A DNA stretch of 5,806 nt, from IMG/VR virus record IMGVR_UViG_2541047441_000021; one strand, given 5' to 3'. Every line of letters begins with the position of its first letter. The stretch's first letter is position 1. Below are positions 5,564-5,806 of the stretch, one piece after another. The stretch is from a virus. Lineage: Duplodnaviria > Heunggongvirae > Uroviricota > Caudoviricetes. Made by a program: the position numbers and the translations under genes. The notes beneath the pieces are model-generated. The model had not been told where the DNA came from and did no database searches. It saw only the letters and a program-made list of their open reading frames with translations.

Positions 5564-5806
5564 ATGAGTACAGCACTCGCAACGCTGGCTGGGAAGCTGG
5601 CTGAACGTGTCGGCATGGATTCTGTCGACCCACAGGAACTGATCACCACTCTTCGCCAGACGGCATTTAAAGGTGATGCCAGCGATGCGCAGTTCATCGC
5701 ATTGTGATCGTCGCCAACCAGTACGGCCTTAATCCGTGGACGAAAGAAATTTACGCCTTCCCTGATAAGCAGAACGGCATCGTTCCGGTGGTGGGCGTTG
5801 ATGGCT
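5564..5806 (+). pseudogene. bet: bet (Red-beta recombinase) 5' part, interrupted by an apparent 1-nt deletion: frame opens MSTALATLAGKLAERVGMDSVDPQELITTLRQTAFKGDASDAQFIAL then TGA at 5705-5707; the Bet sequence continues in another frame from 5707 (IVANQYGLNPWTKEIYAFPDKQNGIVPVVGVDG) to the window edge
   Basis: Both halves match lambda Bet as I recall it but lie in different frames; the window has gcattgTGAtcgtc where lambda has GCATTACTGATCGTT. Confidence 0.8.

Noticed and set aside
5290-5697. ORFs 5290-5604 (plus) and 5446-5697 (minus) overlapping gam and bet
   Set aside because: Alternative-frame or antisense ORFs inside near-exact lambda gam/bet homologs; Arg/Ser/Thr-rich low-complexity translations.

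Overview
This window is the early/immunity region of a lambdoid (lambda-like) prophage, in reverse orientation relative to the usual lambda map. Reading left to right: the 5' part of replication gene O with the ori iterons (minus strand), the oop antisense RNA, a cII homolog, nutR, a Cro-like repressor, the OR operator/promoter region, a CI repressor (HTH plus LexA-like autocleavage domain), a two-gene AT-rich cassette of unknown function in the slot where lambda carries rexA-rexB, an intrinsic terminator, OL/pL, nutL, an N antiterminator whose arginine-rich motif I recall as phage-21 type, a convergent SieB-like membrane protein, a structured non-coding stretch where lambda has ral, then ea10, cIII, kil, gam and the start of bet. 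The right arm (sieB to bet) is near-identical to lambda as I recall it, whereas the immunity core is a different specificity, so the element is mosaic. The most interesting feature is the cassette downstream of cI (1986-2825): a small soluble protein plus a coiled-coil, C-terminally membrane-anchored protein, a candidate Rex-like exclusion or abortive-infection module. bet carries an apparent 1-nt frameshift. All identifications rest on reading the translations and motifs by eye and on recalled lambda sequences; no database search was run.
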